A stretch of DNA of 64,000 nucleotides from a virus. Both the position numbers and the translations under genes were made by a program. Position 1 is the first letter of the stretch; every line of letters starts with the position of its first letter. Under the pieces are notes generated by a model. The model had not been told where the DNA came from. It saw only the letters and a program-made list of their open reading frames with translations, and made no database searches. Shown here in pieces: positions 1 to 9,516 of this stretch. The DNA is taken from the IMG/VR virus record IMGVR_UViG_3300050821_003315; one strand, given 5' to 3'.

Positions 1-27
1 TCCCGCGTAGCTGTCCCCTAAAAAAAC

Positions 28-611
28 CGACCATGGCTGACGGTAGTCGACCATCCTCGTAGCCATCCTACCATCCCTCACTACTAGTCGACCATTCCTT
101 GGGAAGGTCGTCCTCTATTGTGCGTACATCACAAGCTTTGAGCGTTAGTGCGTGCACTAGACCATGCACGTCTATGCGTGATGGTACTAGGGAACTGTCG
201 GCATATCTGTCCTTCATGTCTATATCAACAATGTTGATGCCAACATTATTCCTCTATTGACAACGTTGTTTTACTTTATCGGCGTTTCTCACTAGAGATG
301 GTCGACCACTGTCACACTTTATACAATCAAATATACAATCTGCAATTGGCACTGACAGGAGTGCCTAATGACATCGATATCACTGTGACTTTATATTTGT
401 GAGCACTGTTCACTGACTGATTTATACAATGTCTGATTTGTACTGATTCAACCACCCATCCATCCTGACGCGCGCTCACCCGATGGTTGGAGTGAGCGTA
501 AGGCTCAGACGCAACAATGGCGTAGCGTCCGAATGACAACGTTGCAATGGCAAGGGGTGAGACTATGGCAAGGGGTGAGACTATGGCCATGCACTCACTA
601 GTGGTCGACCA
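28..611. repeat. Dispersed CTCACTA-n-GTCGACCA motifs in the non-coding terminal region
   Basis: GTCGACCA at 46, 87, 301 and 604. Palindrome TGGTCGACCA at 299-308 and 602-611. Three copies are preceded by CTCACTA. Confidence 0.7.
547..587. repeat. 18-bp tandem repeat ATGGCAAGGGGTGAGACT x2.3
   Basis: Units at 547-564 and 565-582, plus ATGGC at 583-587. Confidence 0.9.
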
Positions 612-989
612 TCAATAGGAACTGCTGGCAATACACTGTGCTAACTGTGCACTGTAGTAACTGTACGACTGTAGCTAACTATGACTATGCACTGATACAC
701 ACTGACAACTGTAGCTAACTGTAACTGTGACTGCATGACACTGTGTGATATGCACTGTGCAGTAACAACTAGACAACATGTTGACTAATAGCAAACGGGA
801 GGGGATTACTGGAATCACCAACAGTCGCCCACTGTCGTGCATACGTACAGAGCTTCAACTATTAATGACTTGGCAGCGTGCAAAGCATCGCGATGCGTGC
901 TGTAGAATGTCCAACTTATGCTGATTGTGCAGTAACTTAAAGTAGTTGATATTGGTTTTCAGGATGTCCTTTGTTGTCCGATATGTGAG

Positions 990-1017
990 TTGCACTGCAC
1001 TGTTGCGTGACTAGTAT
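990..1017 (+). promoter_or_regulatory. Putative housekeeping-sigma (HrdB/SigA-type) promoter
   Basis: TTGCAC-16nt-TAGTAT immediately upstream of the first gene. Confidence 0.45.
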
Positions 1018-1064
1018 GGGTGTTAGAGGGAAGTTAAGAGATGAACCGGGGGGAGTTGGAAATC

Positions 1065-1244
1065 ATGACGATGGCAATGGCAATCGGAGTCGCGTTCGTT
1101 ACCGACACCAACGATGGTGCGCCGGTTGACTACAGCGGACAGTGTGACCGATACCTGACCAGCACAGAGGGAACGCACACCATGAGCGAAGCAATCGCAA
1201 TCGCGTTCACTCGGGATTACAACTCATCAGCTAGCTACCTGTAA
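1065..1244 (+). CDS. Hypothetical early protein
   Basis: ATG at 1065 follows a GGGGGAG RBS; in frame with track ORF 1041..1244. Confidence 0.6.
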   Translation: MTMAMAIGVAFVTDTNDGAPVDYSGQCDRYLTSTEGTHTMSEAIAIAFTRDYNSSASYL

Positions 1245-1256
1245 GGGACATCGGAC

Positions 1257-1418
1257 ATGAACCACGACTACAGCCGGGAAAGCCGCACGGTGGACGGTAC
1301 GGACGAATACCGAATGAACTGCTCATGCGGGAAGCGCTCACGTTGGAGCGTTACCACGCTCCCCGTGATGGAAGCGCAAGACCGACATGCCGATGAAATC
1401 GCAATCGGAAGTAGGTAA
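1257..1418 (+). CDS. 53-aa hypothetical protein (CSCG...H motif), not in the ORF track
   Basis: AAGGGA RBS; reads MNHDYSRESRTVDGTDEYRMNCSCGKRSRW...; fills the gap between neighbouring genes. Confidence 0.6.
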   Translation: MNHDYSRESRTVDGTDEYRMNCSCGKRSRWSVTTLPVMEAQDRHADEIAIGSR

Positions 1419-1423
1419 CGGAC

Positions 1424-1627
1424 ATGATGAACATCGGAAGCCTAAGCATCACAGAGCTTGCCTACGCATCGCTCACCCGTGAGCATGACCGAACGCTAGC
1501 CGCATACCACACGGCCATGACAACAGTCTCATACGGGCCACACACGGCAGGTACGCCACACAGCACGGGTATGTGCCCACGTACCGGACACAGTGCCCAC
1601 AGCTACCGCGAGTACCCATCTAGGTAG
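1424..1627 (+). CDS. Hypothetical protein
   Basis: Track ORF ending just before a terminator. Confidence 0.5.
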   Translation: MMNIGSLSITELAYASLTREHDRTLAAYHTAMTTVSYGPHTAGTPHSTGMCPRTGHSAHSYREYPSR

Positions 1628-1637
1628 GCAGCAGGAG

Positions 1638-1666
1638 AACCGGCCGACATGGCCGGTTTTTCTTTA
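1638..1666 (+). terminator. Rho-independent terminator
   Basis: AACCGGCC-gacat-GGCCGGTT followed by a T-rich tail. Confidence 0.85.
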
Positions 1667-2019
1667 CCCGCGCATGACAACGCTGTCATTTCGGTATGTC
1701 CGATTTATGCGCATATCGTTCGCATTTCGTGAAATTTCCTGAATTGTTCGTGCTGCATACACAAATTGGACAAATCGGATATATCGGTCAACCGGATTGC
1801 AACGTTGTCATTCGGCTTCTGAGCGAAGCGACCCCCGGTTAGCAGTGGTTACCCATGCGGGTAGCCGCTAGCTCGTTAGGGGCAGATTCGGGGTACGTGC
1901 CGAGCATGAATCCACGGTGTGGCCGGCGTTCGCGCATCGCTGCGATACCGCTTGCAACAGGCTTACAACGCGCTTGCAAAAGCAAATTTTTTTACCAACG
2001 TTGTCAACAGGAAACCTGA

Positions 2020-2047
2020 TTGTATCGGCTCTAGACCGGAGTAGAGT
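2020..2047 (+). promoter_or_regulatory. Putative promoter for the large ncRNA
   Basis: TTGTAT-16nt-TAGAGT with an upstream A/T tract (AAATTTTTTT, ~1984-1993). Confidence 0.4.
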
Positions 2048-2135
2048 CGTTAGTAGATGGACAACAGCACAGAGCGCGGACGGAAGCACCGGCCGGTTAC
2101 AGAAAGTCATCAAAGATTTTCTCGGAACGGAGCAA

Positions 2136-3624
2136 CCATCCAACCCCTAGCTAGCGTCTTACTAAGTGAAGGTCACAACAGCACACCGGAAGCGAACGCT
2201 GAGAAAACCGGTAGCGACAGTGACTAGGTAGGTGGAAGACTCAAAGCGCTTCCCAAACTCCATACCAGTCAGACGGTAACGGTTCACCATAGGTGATATC
2301 GGACATAAGTTATCCGGATGGGACTTATGTTACCGGAGTGCGAAACTGGACATACAACTACAGGACTGAAATCACGTTAGATACGCGATGGAATTCGTTC
2401 CATCTAGCCAATACCCGGTTAAGCACACCATTACGGTGTGGGAGGGAATTGACGGAAGTATCGCATGCAACGGGCAACGTGGAAGTAAGGTCAACAGTCG
2501 TGACAATTAGTTGGTAACGTCATTACCTATGGCGATACGTTTTAAACTAGCCAATGAACGTCATTCCAAGTCGTATACGGATAGCGAAAGTTGCTATAAC
2601 GGCGGTAAGGGTTACCGGAGTTAAGCGCGTAACAGAGCAACGCGAGATGTCAGAATGGTTTGGCACACTGTAACGCAGTGAGCATACCAGTCCTGTTATG
2701 AATCAGAGTTTCGGTTCTCTGTGGGCTGTTTTACGGTGAGCGCTAGCTGCGTTTGCCGTAATCGCAGTGAATAAACCGAATAGCATTGTCAATGTGTGCG
2801 AAGTGAGCAATTAGCCCTAGCACGTAGCGACGATAGCCAGATAGCGCGCTGTTAAGTCAGCTAGCACCATTCCCGGTTAATGCTCGCAAGAGCGGAGGGT
2901 ACACGGTACGGAAGCAATCAAACGGCCAATCGGGGGATACGAGCTATCTTGACAGGTGAATTTGGCCTGGTGACGTTAAGGCATGACGCGAACGCAAGCG
3001 ATGAACACATCGGTTAACAGCCGTAAGATGATGCGAATTAACCAATCAAGGGCATGGCAATGGACGCGTGACGTTCGCTTTGCGACATGGTTAGTGAACA
3101 CCTGCATACGGCAATCCACTACGTGACTCATACTCGCGGGATGTTCCGAAAGTCTAGTAACTCAATTCGTTGGGTGAAATGCTATTAGGGCAACGTCTAA
3201 GCGGGAACTATATCTAGCCAGACTGCAATTCAAGCGGACTAAGGATGCGGGCTATCGGTTCGGCACCGACCATGCTCACTCGGCACTAACCGGCAACAGG
3301 TGTTGCTAGCTACGGCTTGGACGTTGGATACGTCCTAATCGGTTCGATACCGAATGTGCCACGTACGATGCAAGACACGCTATCTCATACGAGAGAATGT
3401 GACCTGCCATGTACACCACGTGGCAAAAGCTAATAGTTATGTTCGTTATTGCCGTTACGCTGGTTATGGCATGCACCGATGGTATCCACGGTCGCAATCA
3501 CCCACAACCGGGCGGACGCAAGGAAACACTTGCGGCAACGCAAGTTATTACCTCTAGGGCAATGATGAGTCCGCAAGACTCCATCACTTATACGCAAGCT
3601 AGCTAATCGGGGGGTTAGCGATGG
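2136..3624 (+). ncRNA. Candidate giant (~1.5 kb) structured non-coding RNA
   Basis: No credible ORF. Ends pair: CCATC 2136-40/GATGG 3620-24, AACCCC 2142-47/GGGGTT 3611-16, TAGCTAGC 2148-55/GCTAGCTA 3598-3605. Long-range helix ACAGGACTG 2360-68/CAGTCCTGT 2688-96. Many hairpins with UUCG, GCAA and T-loop-like loops. Confidence 0.7.
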
Positions 3625-3713
3625 CGCGTATTAGGCAAATCGCAGATAGCATCATCCATCACCTTATCGGTGATGACTCATTCGATGACACAGATATCGG
3701 GGGAATCTTCTAA
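3621..3713 (+). CDS. 30-aa microprotein
   Basis: GGGGGG RBS; TAATG coupling to the next gene. Confidence 0.5.
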   Translation: MARIRQIADSIIHHLIGDDSFDDTDIGGIF

Positions 3714-3811
3714 TGTCTGAGAACTACTGCATTATGTGCCATAAGTGGTCACGGCTAAACGGCTACTACTGCCAAGCATGCCTTAACAAGTTCTACGGAG
3801 TGAAGTCATGA
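3713..3811 (+). CDS. 32-aa CxxC-CxxC zinc-binding microprotein
   Basis: MSENYCIMCHKWSRLNGYYCQACLNKFYGVKS; GGGGG RBS; overlapping stop/start on both sides. Confidence 0.6.
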   Translation: MSENYCIMCHKWSRLNGYYCQACLNKFYGVKS

Positions 3812-3939
3812 CACTGGAAATCGCTACCCGCAATGACATGGGAAGCGTTACGCGACTTCTCACCAGTCATCCGGAATGGGCATACCACACGCACGCCGGC
3901 GACAATGGCTCAATCGTGATAGAGGTCGAAAATGGGTAA
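3808..3939 (+). CDS. 43-aa hypothetical protein
   Basis: ATGA overlap with the upstream gene; GGAG RBS. Confidence 0.5.
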   Translation: MTLEIATRNDMGSVTRLLTSHPEWAYHTHAGDNGSIVIEVENG

Positions 3940-4177
3940 GCGCAGGGACACTACAGCCAACACGGGTGAGCACTTCACAGCATCGCAGCGTAAGCGCGTG
4001 CATCGTAGTAAGGGCATCTCCTACGCCTACACCGATTACAACCCCGTGGCTGGCCTAGAGCCGGAATACGAACTAGACCACAAGCAAACACGCCGCTATA
4101 ACACCATGAACAATAAGGCCAATGGTGGCGGGGCAATGTTCGATACCACATTCAAGCGGGAAGGTCGCGCGGGATGA
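3932..4177 (+). CDS. Hypothetical protein
   Basis: Track ORF; GAGG RBS; coupled to neighbours. Confidence 0.6.
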   Translation: MGKRRDTTANTGEHFTASQRKRVHRSKGISYAYTDYNPVAGLEPEYELDHKQTRRYNTMNNKANGGGAMFDTTFKREGRAG

Positions 4178-4257
4178 CCTGTATATGTCCTGACTGCCAC
4201 AAGCGAATAAGGGCGAACACCGCATGCATCGATTGCGCCATTAAGCGGGCACGGTAA
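4174..4257 (+). CDS. 27-aa Cys-rich microprotein
   Basis: MTCICPDCHKRIRANTACIDCAIKRAR; ATGA overlap. Confidence 0.5.
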   Translation: MTCICPDCHKRIRANTACIDCAIKRAR

Positions 4258-4504
4258 TCGCCGGCGTATGGTGTGAGCTAGCAACGCGCTAGCCCATGCC
4301 ACACTCTTACGGGTACTCGGAAACTACAGTAAGGGTAGGGCAATGGGAATTGTCATCGGCTCAATAACAGCCAAGCCGAAATTCGCGCCATCACCACAAT
4401 GGCGACCTGAGACACAAGCGGAAACAGACGCACAGATACCTATCGAACCGCAGTACTACATTCGTAGGGGACTGTACGCGCCGTACATGGGCTAGGGGGA
4501 CACA

Positions 4505-5568
4505 GTGAAGCAATCACGAATGATGACCGCTGCTGAGATAGCGGAACAAGCTCACGACACGACTACTGCCGTTAAGGCACTCATCAAGGCAGAACGCAAT
4601 GGCCGCGCACAGCTAGGGCAACTGACCCTATGGCACGCTGGCTATGTGGACGGTGCCACTACCTTTGAGGCTGCCACTAGCCTTTACGCCGTGAGCCTAT
4701 GAGCCACCGTATGGGCGGCACTCCTGCTAAGCACGCTAAGCCAATGGGCATAGGGACAGTCATTGTCCTTTACGTACTCCTGCTAGCAATAATCAGTGGC
4801 GTAATGGCCATAGCAATCACGACCATATAAGGGAAACACCATGGATGAATTCACCACAATCGTTAGCCAGAACTGGACTCAGATGGAAGCCGATGCCGAC
4901 ACCGTGGCAGCGTTCGCCACAGACACCGCGTACGCCGCAGAGAAGCACCTAGCAGCGGAGACGGAAGCCTACCTAGAGGGTTACGCCACCCCCGCGCGCA
5001 AGCGCACTAGCGGCAACCGTCACGTCACCCGTACGCTTCACTCTCCGTACCTCTAGTCAGGAGTCCCACGCATGAGTCACATCGTCATCGGGTACCGCCA
5101 TGAGGGTACGCCTAGTCAGGTAGCCGTAACGGCAGACCAGACTCTCACTAAGGACTGTACCGATGTCCGGCTAGCCAATGGTGGCTTGCTTGGATGGGTG
5201 TACCACAGCACAGAGCTAGGCGGTTGGATAGCTCGCACGGGCTATGAGGGTACCGACTTCTCTGCTCACGAAACTCAGATGGAAGCGCTCCGTTGCGCGG
5301 GGGGTATCAGCTAGTGGCTACCACGTACACAGACGATGAAGGTAACACGTTCACGATATCCAATGGCTACGCCAATACCGAATTCAGTGGCGTACATGTC
5401 ACGCTGCCTAGTGGCGAGTCACAGCTAGTGAGCGCTAGCCAAATCACTCAGATAGCGGAGGCACTTTCCGCTGTTAACGCGAAAGACCAGGCTACCGGGT
5501 ACACCAATCCTGAGAATCGCGCAAAGGTCACGAACGCAATCATCGAACTTAAGCATTCATTCCAGTAG
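4505..5568 (+). CDS. Run of small hypothetical early genes (4505-4702, 4841-5056, 5072-5314, ~5314-5568)
   Basis: Track ORFs with GGGGG/AGGGA/AGGAG RBS and tight packing. Confidence 0.6.
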
Positions 5569-5651
5569 CGCTAATGAGCCGGGCATTCCTTAGTGGCCAA
5601 TCCCCCATGGCCTAACCGAGACTAGGGAATGCCCTACTGAGTATCGCTACC
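5564..5651 (+). other. Intergenic branched hairpin with a CCCCC loop
   Basis: GGGCATTCCTTAGT 5581-94 pairs with ACTAGGGAATGCCC 5621-34; inner GGCCA-atccccca-TGGCC. Confidence 0.6.
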
Positions 5652-5678
5652 AATCGACAATCACAAGGAGAACACACA

Positions 5679-5915
5679 ATGCACATCGAATTCCATGAGC
5701 CATACTACACGCACACCATGCGCAATTGGGTAAGCGTGCCATTCCCTACCGGAGAAGTCGTTACGCTAATCGATGATGACGGCGACGTTATCGCATCGAT
5801 TACGGAAGCCGGTTCACGGTGGCCGGAATACCTCGCTTTCGCTGCTAACGCGGCGGGCTATGAATTCACTGCTACGGAGATAGAAGCGCTTGAAACAGAA
5901 GAGTCATTCGCCTAG
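5679..5915 (+). CDS. Hypothetical protein
   Basis: AAGGAG RBS; track ORF. Confidence 0.7.
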   Translation: MHIEFHEPYYTHTMRNWVSVPFPTGEVVTLIDDDGDVIASITEAGSRWPEYLAFAANAAGYEFTATEIEALETEESFA

Positions 5916-6173
5916 GCGACTCACGTTCATAGACGCAATCCACCTAGCGCTATTCCAGTGGCACACAGCTAGGGCTGAATTCCGGGGGGACGACAATGGT
6001 AGTGCTGATATATCGCTCGCTAACGGAGTTGCTTGGGATTGACCAGGCATTCTCAGCGATGCTAAACGACATGGATGCCACGGGCTACGGAAAGCTAGAC
6101 GGTGTGTTCAGCTACACGCGATGGACAGACACCGCTTGCTACGCAAGCGCAACTGTGGACTAGGGGAACGAAC

Positions 6174-6437
6174 ATGCCGCGCGGCATCACTCTCACCTTC
6201 ACTTACAACACGGTGGACGACAACCCTAACGATGTTCCCAACGGAGTGCCCTTCCCGCGCGTCACGATGGACGCTAGCGCGTTGAAGCGTGGCGACGTGG
6301 TTGCACTCTACCCACACCCTAACAGGGACTCAGCGATGGTTTTGACGCGATGGACGCACGGCACCGTTGAAACAGACGGCGGCACGTTTGACCTATCGCC
6401 CACATCCCAAGTGACCGTGACCAGGCTAGCGAGGTAG
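6174..6437 (+). CDS. Hypothetical protein
   Basis: ATG after a TAGGGGA RBS within track ORF 6102..6437. Confidence 0.6.
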   Translation: MPRGITLTFTYNTVDDNPNDVPNGVPFPRVTMDASALKRGDVVALYPHPNRDSAMVLTRWTHGTVETDGGTFDLSPTSQVTVTRLAR

Positions 6438-6439
6438 AC

Positions 6440-6523
6440 ATGTGCGACCACGAAACAAGCAACTGCCCCGGTAGGCGTTGCCACTGTCCGTGCATGAATT
6501 GCATGATGGGGGATGAAGACTAG
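6440..6523 (+). CDS. 27-aa metallothionein-like Cys-rich microprotein
   Basis: MCDHETSNCPGRRCHCPCMNCMMGDED; GAGG RBS; abuts the next ATG. Confidence 0.55.
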   Translation: MCDHETSNCPGRRCHCPCMNCMMGDED

Positions 6524-8355
6524 ATGTGTACTGTGTGCAACGCGCCGGAGAAGCGCAATCTCAAGTCGGAAGCGCTAATGACCCGCGAGTATTTCGTGTG
6601 GCTAGACACGTCATGGTACGCCATCACTCCGGAGATGTCCGCCGTGCAGATGCGCGAATACCTGCGCACCACAATACTTCGCAACAACGCATCACTCGCT
6701 ACTAGCATGGCAACAGGCGGCACGTTCAATGTGTGGTCAGTCAATGGTGACGTGAGCTATACCGTCATCAACAGTGGCGACCGTTCGCGACTCTATAAGG
6801 ACGAAATAGACTAGGGGAATAAAGTGAGCACTTACAGTGAGGACTACTACACTTCCCTAGAGGAGTGGCAAGAGGAAAGCATCCATCACGATGCTATCGA
6901 ATACGAGCAGGGTGTTCGTGATGGCGAGGTAGACGGCACAAACGACTACCTAGGCGGTAAGCACGACACTACGCGCATCTACAATCCCGACCGTACTCCG
7001 TACCTAGACGGTTACGATGACGGTTACATCGCCGGTTTCAACACCGCGCGCCGTAGGGGGTAGCCATGGCAATCGTTCGTAACGATGCTGGTCAGCTAGT
7101 GGGTGAACTACGGGACACCTACCAAGACTACGGTGCCCGCGATGATAGTGAGCCGACATGCAACGCCATGTATCTCTACTACGGTTGCACGCTGCCTAAG
7201 CACTGTGCCGAGTACCCGCACCTAGCAGGAACCGGGCAGGAAATCGTAGCTATATGGTGGGAAGGGGAATACGAGGATGTCATACACGGTAATGGTCAAT
7301 GGTGAATGCGTTAGCCGTCGACTCGACTACACTCGCGCGTGGGACGATTACAGCGTGACCATTGCCGCTATCCGCGCGGTTAGCCACAGTGAAGTGCTAG
7401 CAGCACCGGTCACTATCGAACTGTGTGAAAACAACGGCAGTCCCGTACTCGATACCACGAACATCTAGGGGGATGAAATGAGCAGCACCTACACGCCACA
7501 GCAGCAACGCCTAATCGACATGCACGCACGCGGTACGCGGCTAGCGCGTCCAAAGCGCAAGCAAGCGGAGCGCGCATCATGGGCTGCAATCCTCGCGTGT
7601 GTCCTGCTCTTTCTCATCCTGCTGTGCCTGCTGTAAGGCTGCCATGTATGAGCTAAAGGTGAACGGTAAGGTAATCTCCCGTGCCGCAACAGCTGAAATA
7701 GCGTGGGCACAATACCACGCGGTAACGCTTGCGCTAACAGCAATCAAAGACCAGATTGCGGGCACGGTGGAACTAGCACTAGACAATCCGCAGTAGGGGG
7801 AACAATGGAAAAGACTTTTGTTGACAGTCAGTTCACTGGCCTGGTTAACCGCAACTGGTCACCCGATGAAGTGAACGCGCTTATCGCTAGCGTCTGGGAA
7901 ACCCCGGACGCCACGGAAGCCGAGCAACGGCTAGTGTCGGAAACCGAAAACTACAATGAGGGTACGTCATGGAACTACACCCATGGCCACTACCCCATGC
8001 CTAAGCCGCGTAGCAGTAAGCAGCGTAAGCCAGCATCCAAGCGCGCTGTGTTCCTGCCTGTTATCTCGTACCTGCGAGGTGATTTCAAGTGACCGCTTGC
8101 GCTGACCATTGGTGGTACGTGCAGCGCCACCCTAGCGGCGCTTCATTCTGTGTGCGCCATACGTCACGCGGGCCGCACAGTTTCACGGTTGACAAGATTG
8201 GCGTCAGTCAAGACATGCTAGGCGGCAACGGCATTCCCCGCTATGAAGCGGAGCATATCGCGAACGCCTTGAATGAGGCATACGCGCTAGGCGTCCAACA
8301 CATGGGCGACGCGATACTATCGCTCACCAAAGACGCACACGTCCCACCGTTCTAA
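6524..8355 (+). CDS. Run of small hypothetical genes (6524-6814, 6824-7063, 7066-7305, 7277-7468, ~7644-7796, ~7805-8092, 8089-8355)
   Basis: Track ORFs with G-rich RBS and overlapping stop/start codons. Confidence 0.6.
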
Positions 8356-8370
8356 CTGAGAGGTACGACC

Positions 8371-8598
8371 ATGGCTCTAGTGGCAATCGACAGTAATGGC
8401 AAGCGCGTTAAGCGTGGCCAGACCGTAACCGATTTCCGTGGCGACACTGCCACGTTCCAGAGCGCTACGCGCGCTAGCTCGCTAGGCAAGAGCGGTAAGG
8501 TAGTCGTCAAATGGCACGCTACTCCGGGAGACGATGACACCGCTTCCGAGTACTACGATAAGGTGTTCGGCCTTACCGTCATTGCGGAGGATGACTAA
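8371..8598 (+). CDS. Hypothetical protein, paralogue of 31008..31241
   Basis: Shared G..V/I.RG....D..G....F..ATR......GKV.V and E....VF.L.V pattern. Confidence 0.75.
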   Translation: MALVAIDSNGKRVKRGQTVTDFRGDTATFQSATRASSLGKSGKVVVKWHATPGDDDTASEYYDKVFGLTVIAEDD

Positions 8599-9024
8599 AT
8601 GCGTCGTGTCGATTCACTCGACATAGCGGCATTCATAGTCGTCACTATCGCACTCATCACTATCGTGTGCGTATTCACTGGCCACTACGGGCCAACCCTA
8701 CCGGGGAGCTAACCGTGTACCTGACAATCACAGCGTTCCGCATGCTCGGGTACCTGCTTTACGCCACGGTAACGGCGGCCATGTACATCATGTTTGGTGC
8801 CTTTTGGATACTGGGATGGCTAGTCTCAGCGCTCATTAGCACTACGCGCATCACCTACAGCCATATGCGGAGATGACGTGAACGAACTGGTATGGATGAT
8901 GGCCGGCGCTTTCCACCTGCCCGCTGACACTGCGGCATGCCCGCGCTGCAAGTCCACAACACGTAGCTACGTGCGTGGTGGCTGTGCGATGTTGAGTGGC
9001 TGGCACGCCTGGCATGACCGCTAG

Positions 9025-9064
9025 CCTTACGCACATTACTCAGAATCGGGAGACCTTACTCAGA
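9025..9064 (+). promoter_or_regulatory. Triple TTACNCA(C/G)A operator-like element, copy 1
   Basis: Units at 9027, 9036 and 9056; same spacing as copy 2 at 24104-24143. Confidence 0.6.
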
Positions 9065-9411
9065 TGACCACGACCATGCTGAGCAGCCGGGAAGTTTTCA
9101 GGCTAATGAGCGACATGCCCGCTAACGTCGCGTGGCAATTCGCGTCAGACCTTGCAGGCGGCCACCGTGCCATAGGCAACGGCTTCACTGTGTGGCAGGT
9201 AGGCAGCGCTGGTTTCATCCTAGAGCTCACGGAAGAGAAGTCACTAGCCGAGAGGTAGTCACCATGACAGAAGACCTGTTCACGTTCCTAGAGCGCAACT
9301 GGTCAACAGCCGAGCACATGCGGCTTTACCAGGAAATCGAAACCCTCGCCTATCAGGTGGGCAATCCAATCTCACCCGAGCACATACCGTTCCCGCACAG
9401 TTAGGCATGAC

Positions 9412-9513
9412 ATGAACTTCGCTACCTATCGCGACATGCTTGACTGGCAAATGACTCACTGTCCCGATTGCGGACATGAGGCTAATCCATTCACTCACGA
9501 ATGTAAGGGGTAA
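9412..9513 (+). CDS. 33-aa microprotein (HCPDCGH...HEC)
   Basis: Fills the gap between 9404 and 9517. Confidence 0.5.
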   Translation: MNFATYRDMLDWQMTHCPDCGHEANPFTHECKG

Positions 9514-9516
9514 GCA

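Noticed and set aside
327-590. Minus-strand 87-aa ORF
   Set aside because: Its N-terminus is just the 18-bp tandem repeat; no RBS, in a motif-rich non-coding region.
3282-3361. Canonical tRNA gene
   Set aside because: Only a 5-bp acceptor-like stem, no D-loop GG, no 7-nt anticodon loop and no CCA; kept only as a tRNA-like subdomain.
2293-3606. Track ORFs 2293..2517, 3306..3497, 3354..3557 and 3409..3606 as genes
   Set aside because: They are short, overlapping or isolated, lack good RBS or coupling, and lie across the predicted helices.
2136-3624. Group I/II intron, RNase P RNA, tmRNA or rRNA
   Set aside because: I could not find group II domain V, group I P7 elements, the RNase P P4 motif, tmRNA termini or universal rRNA motifs, and no interrupted host gene is evident.
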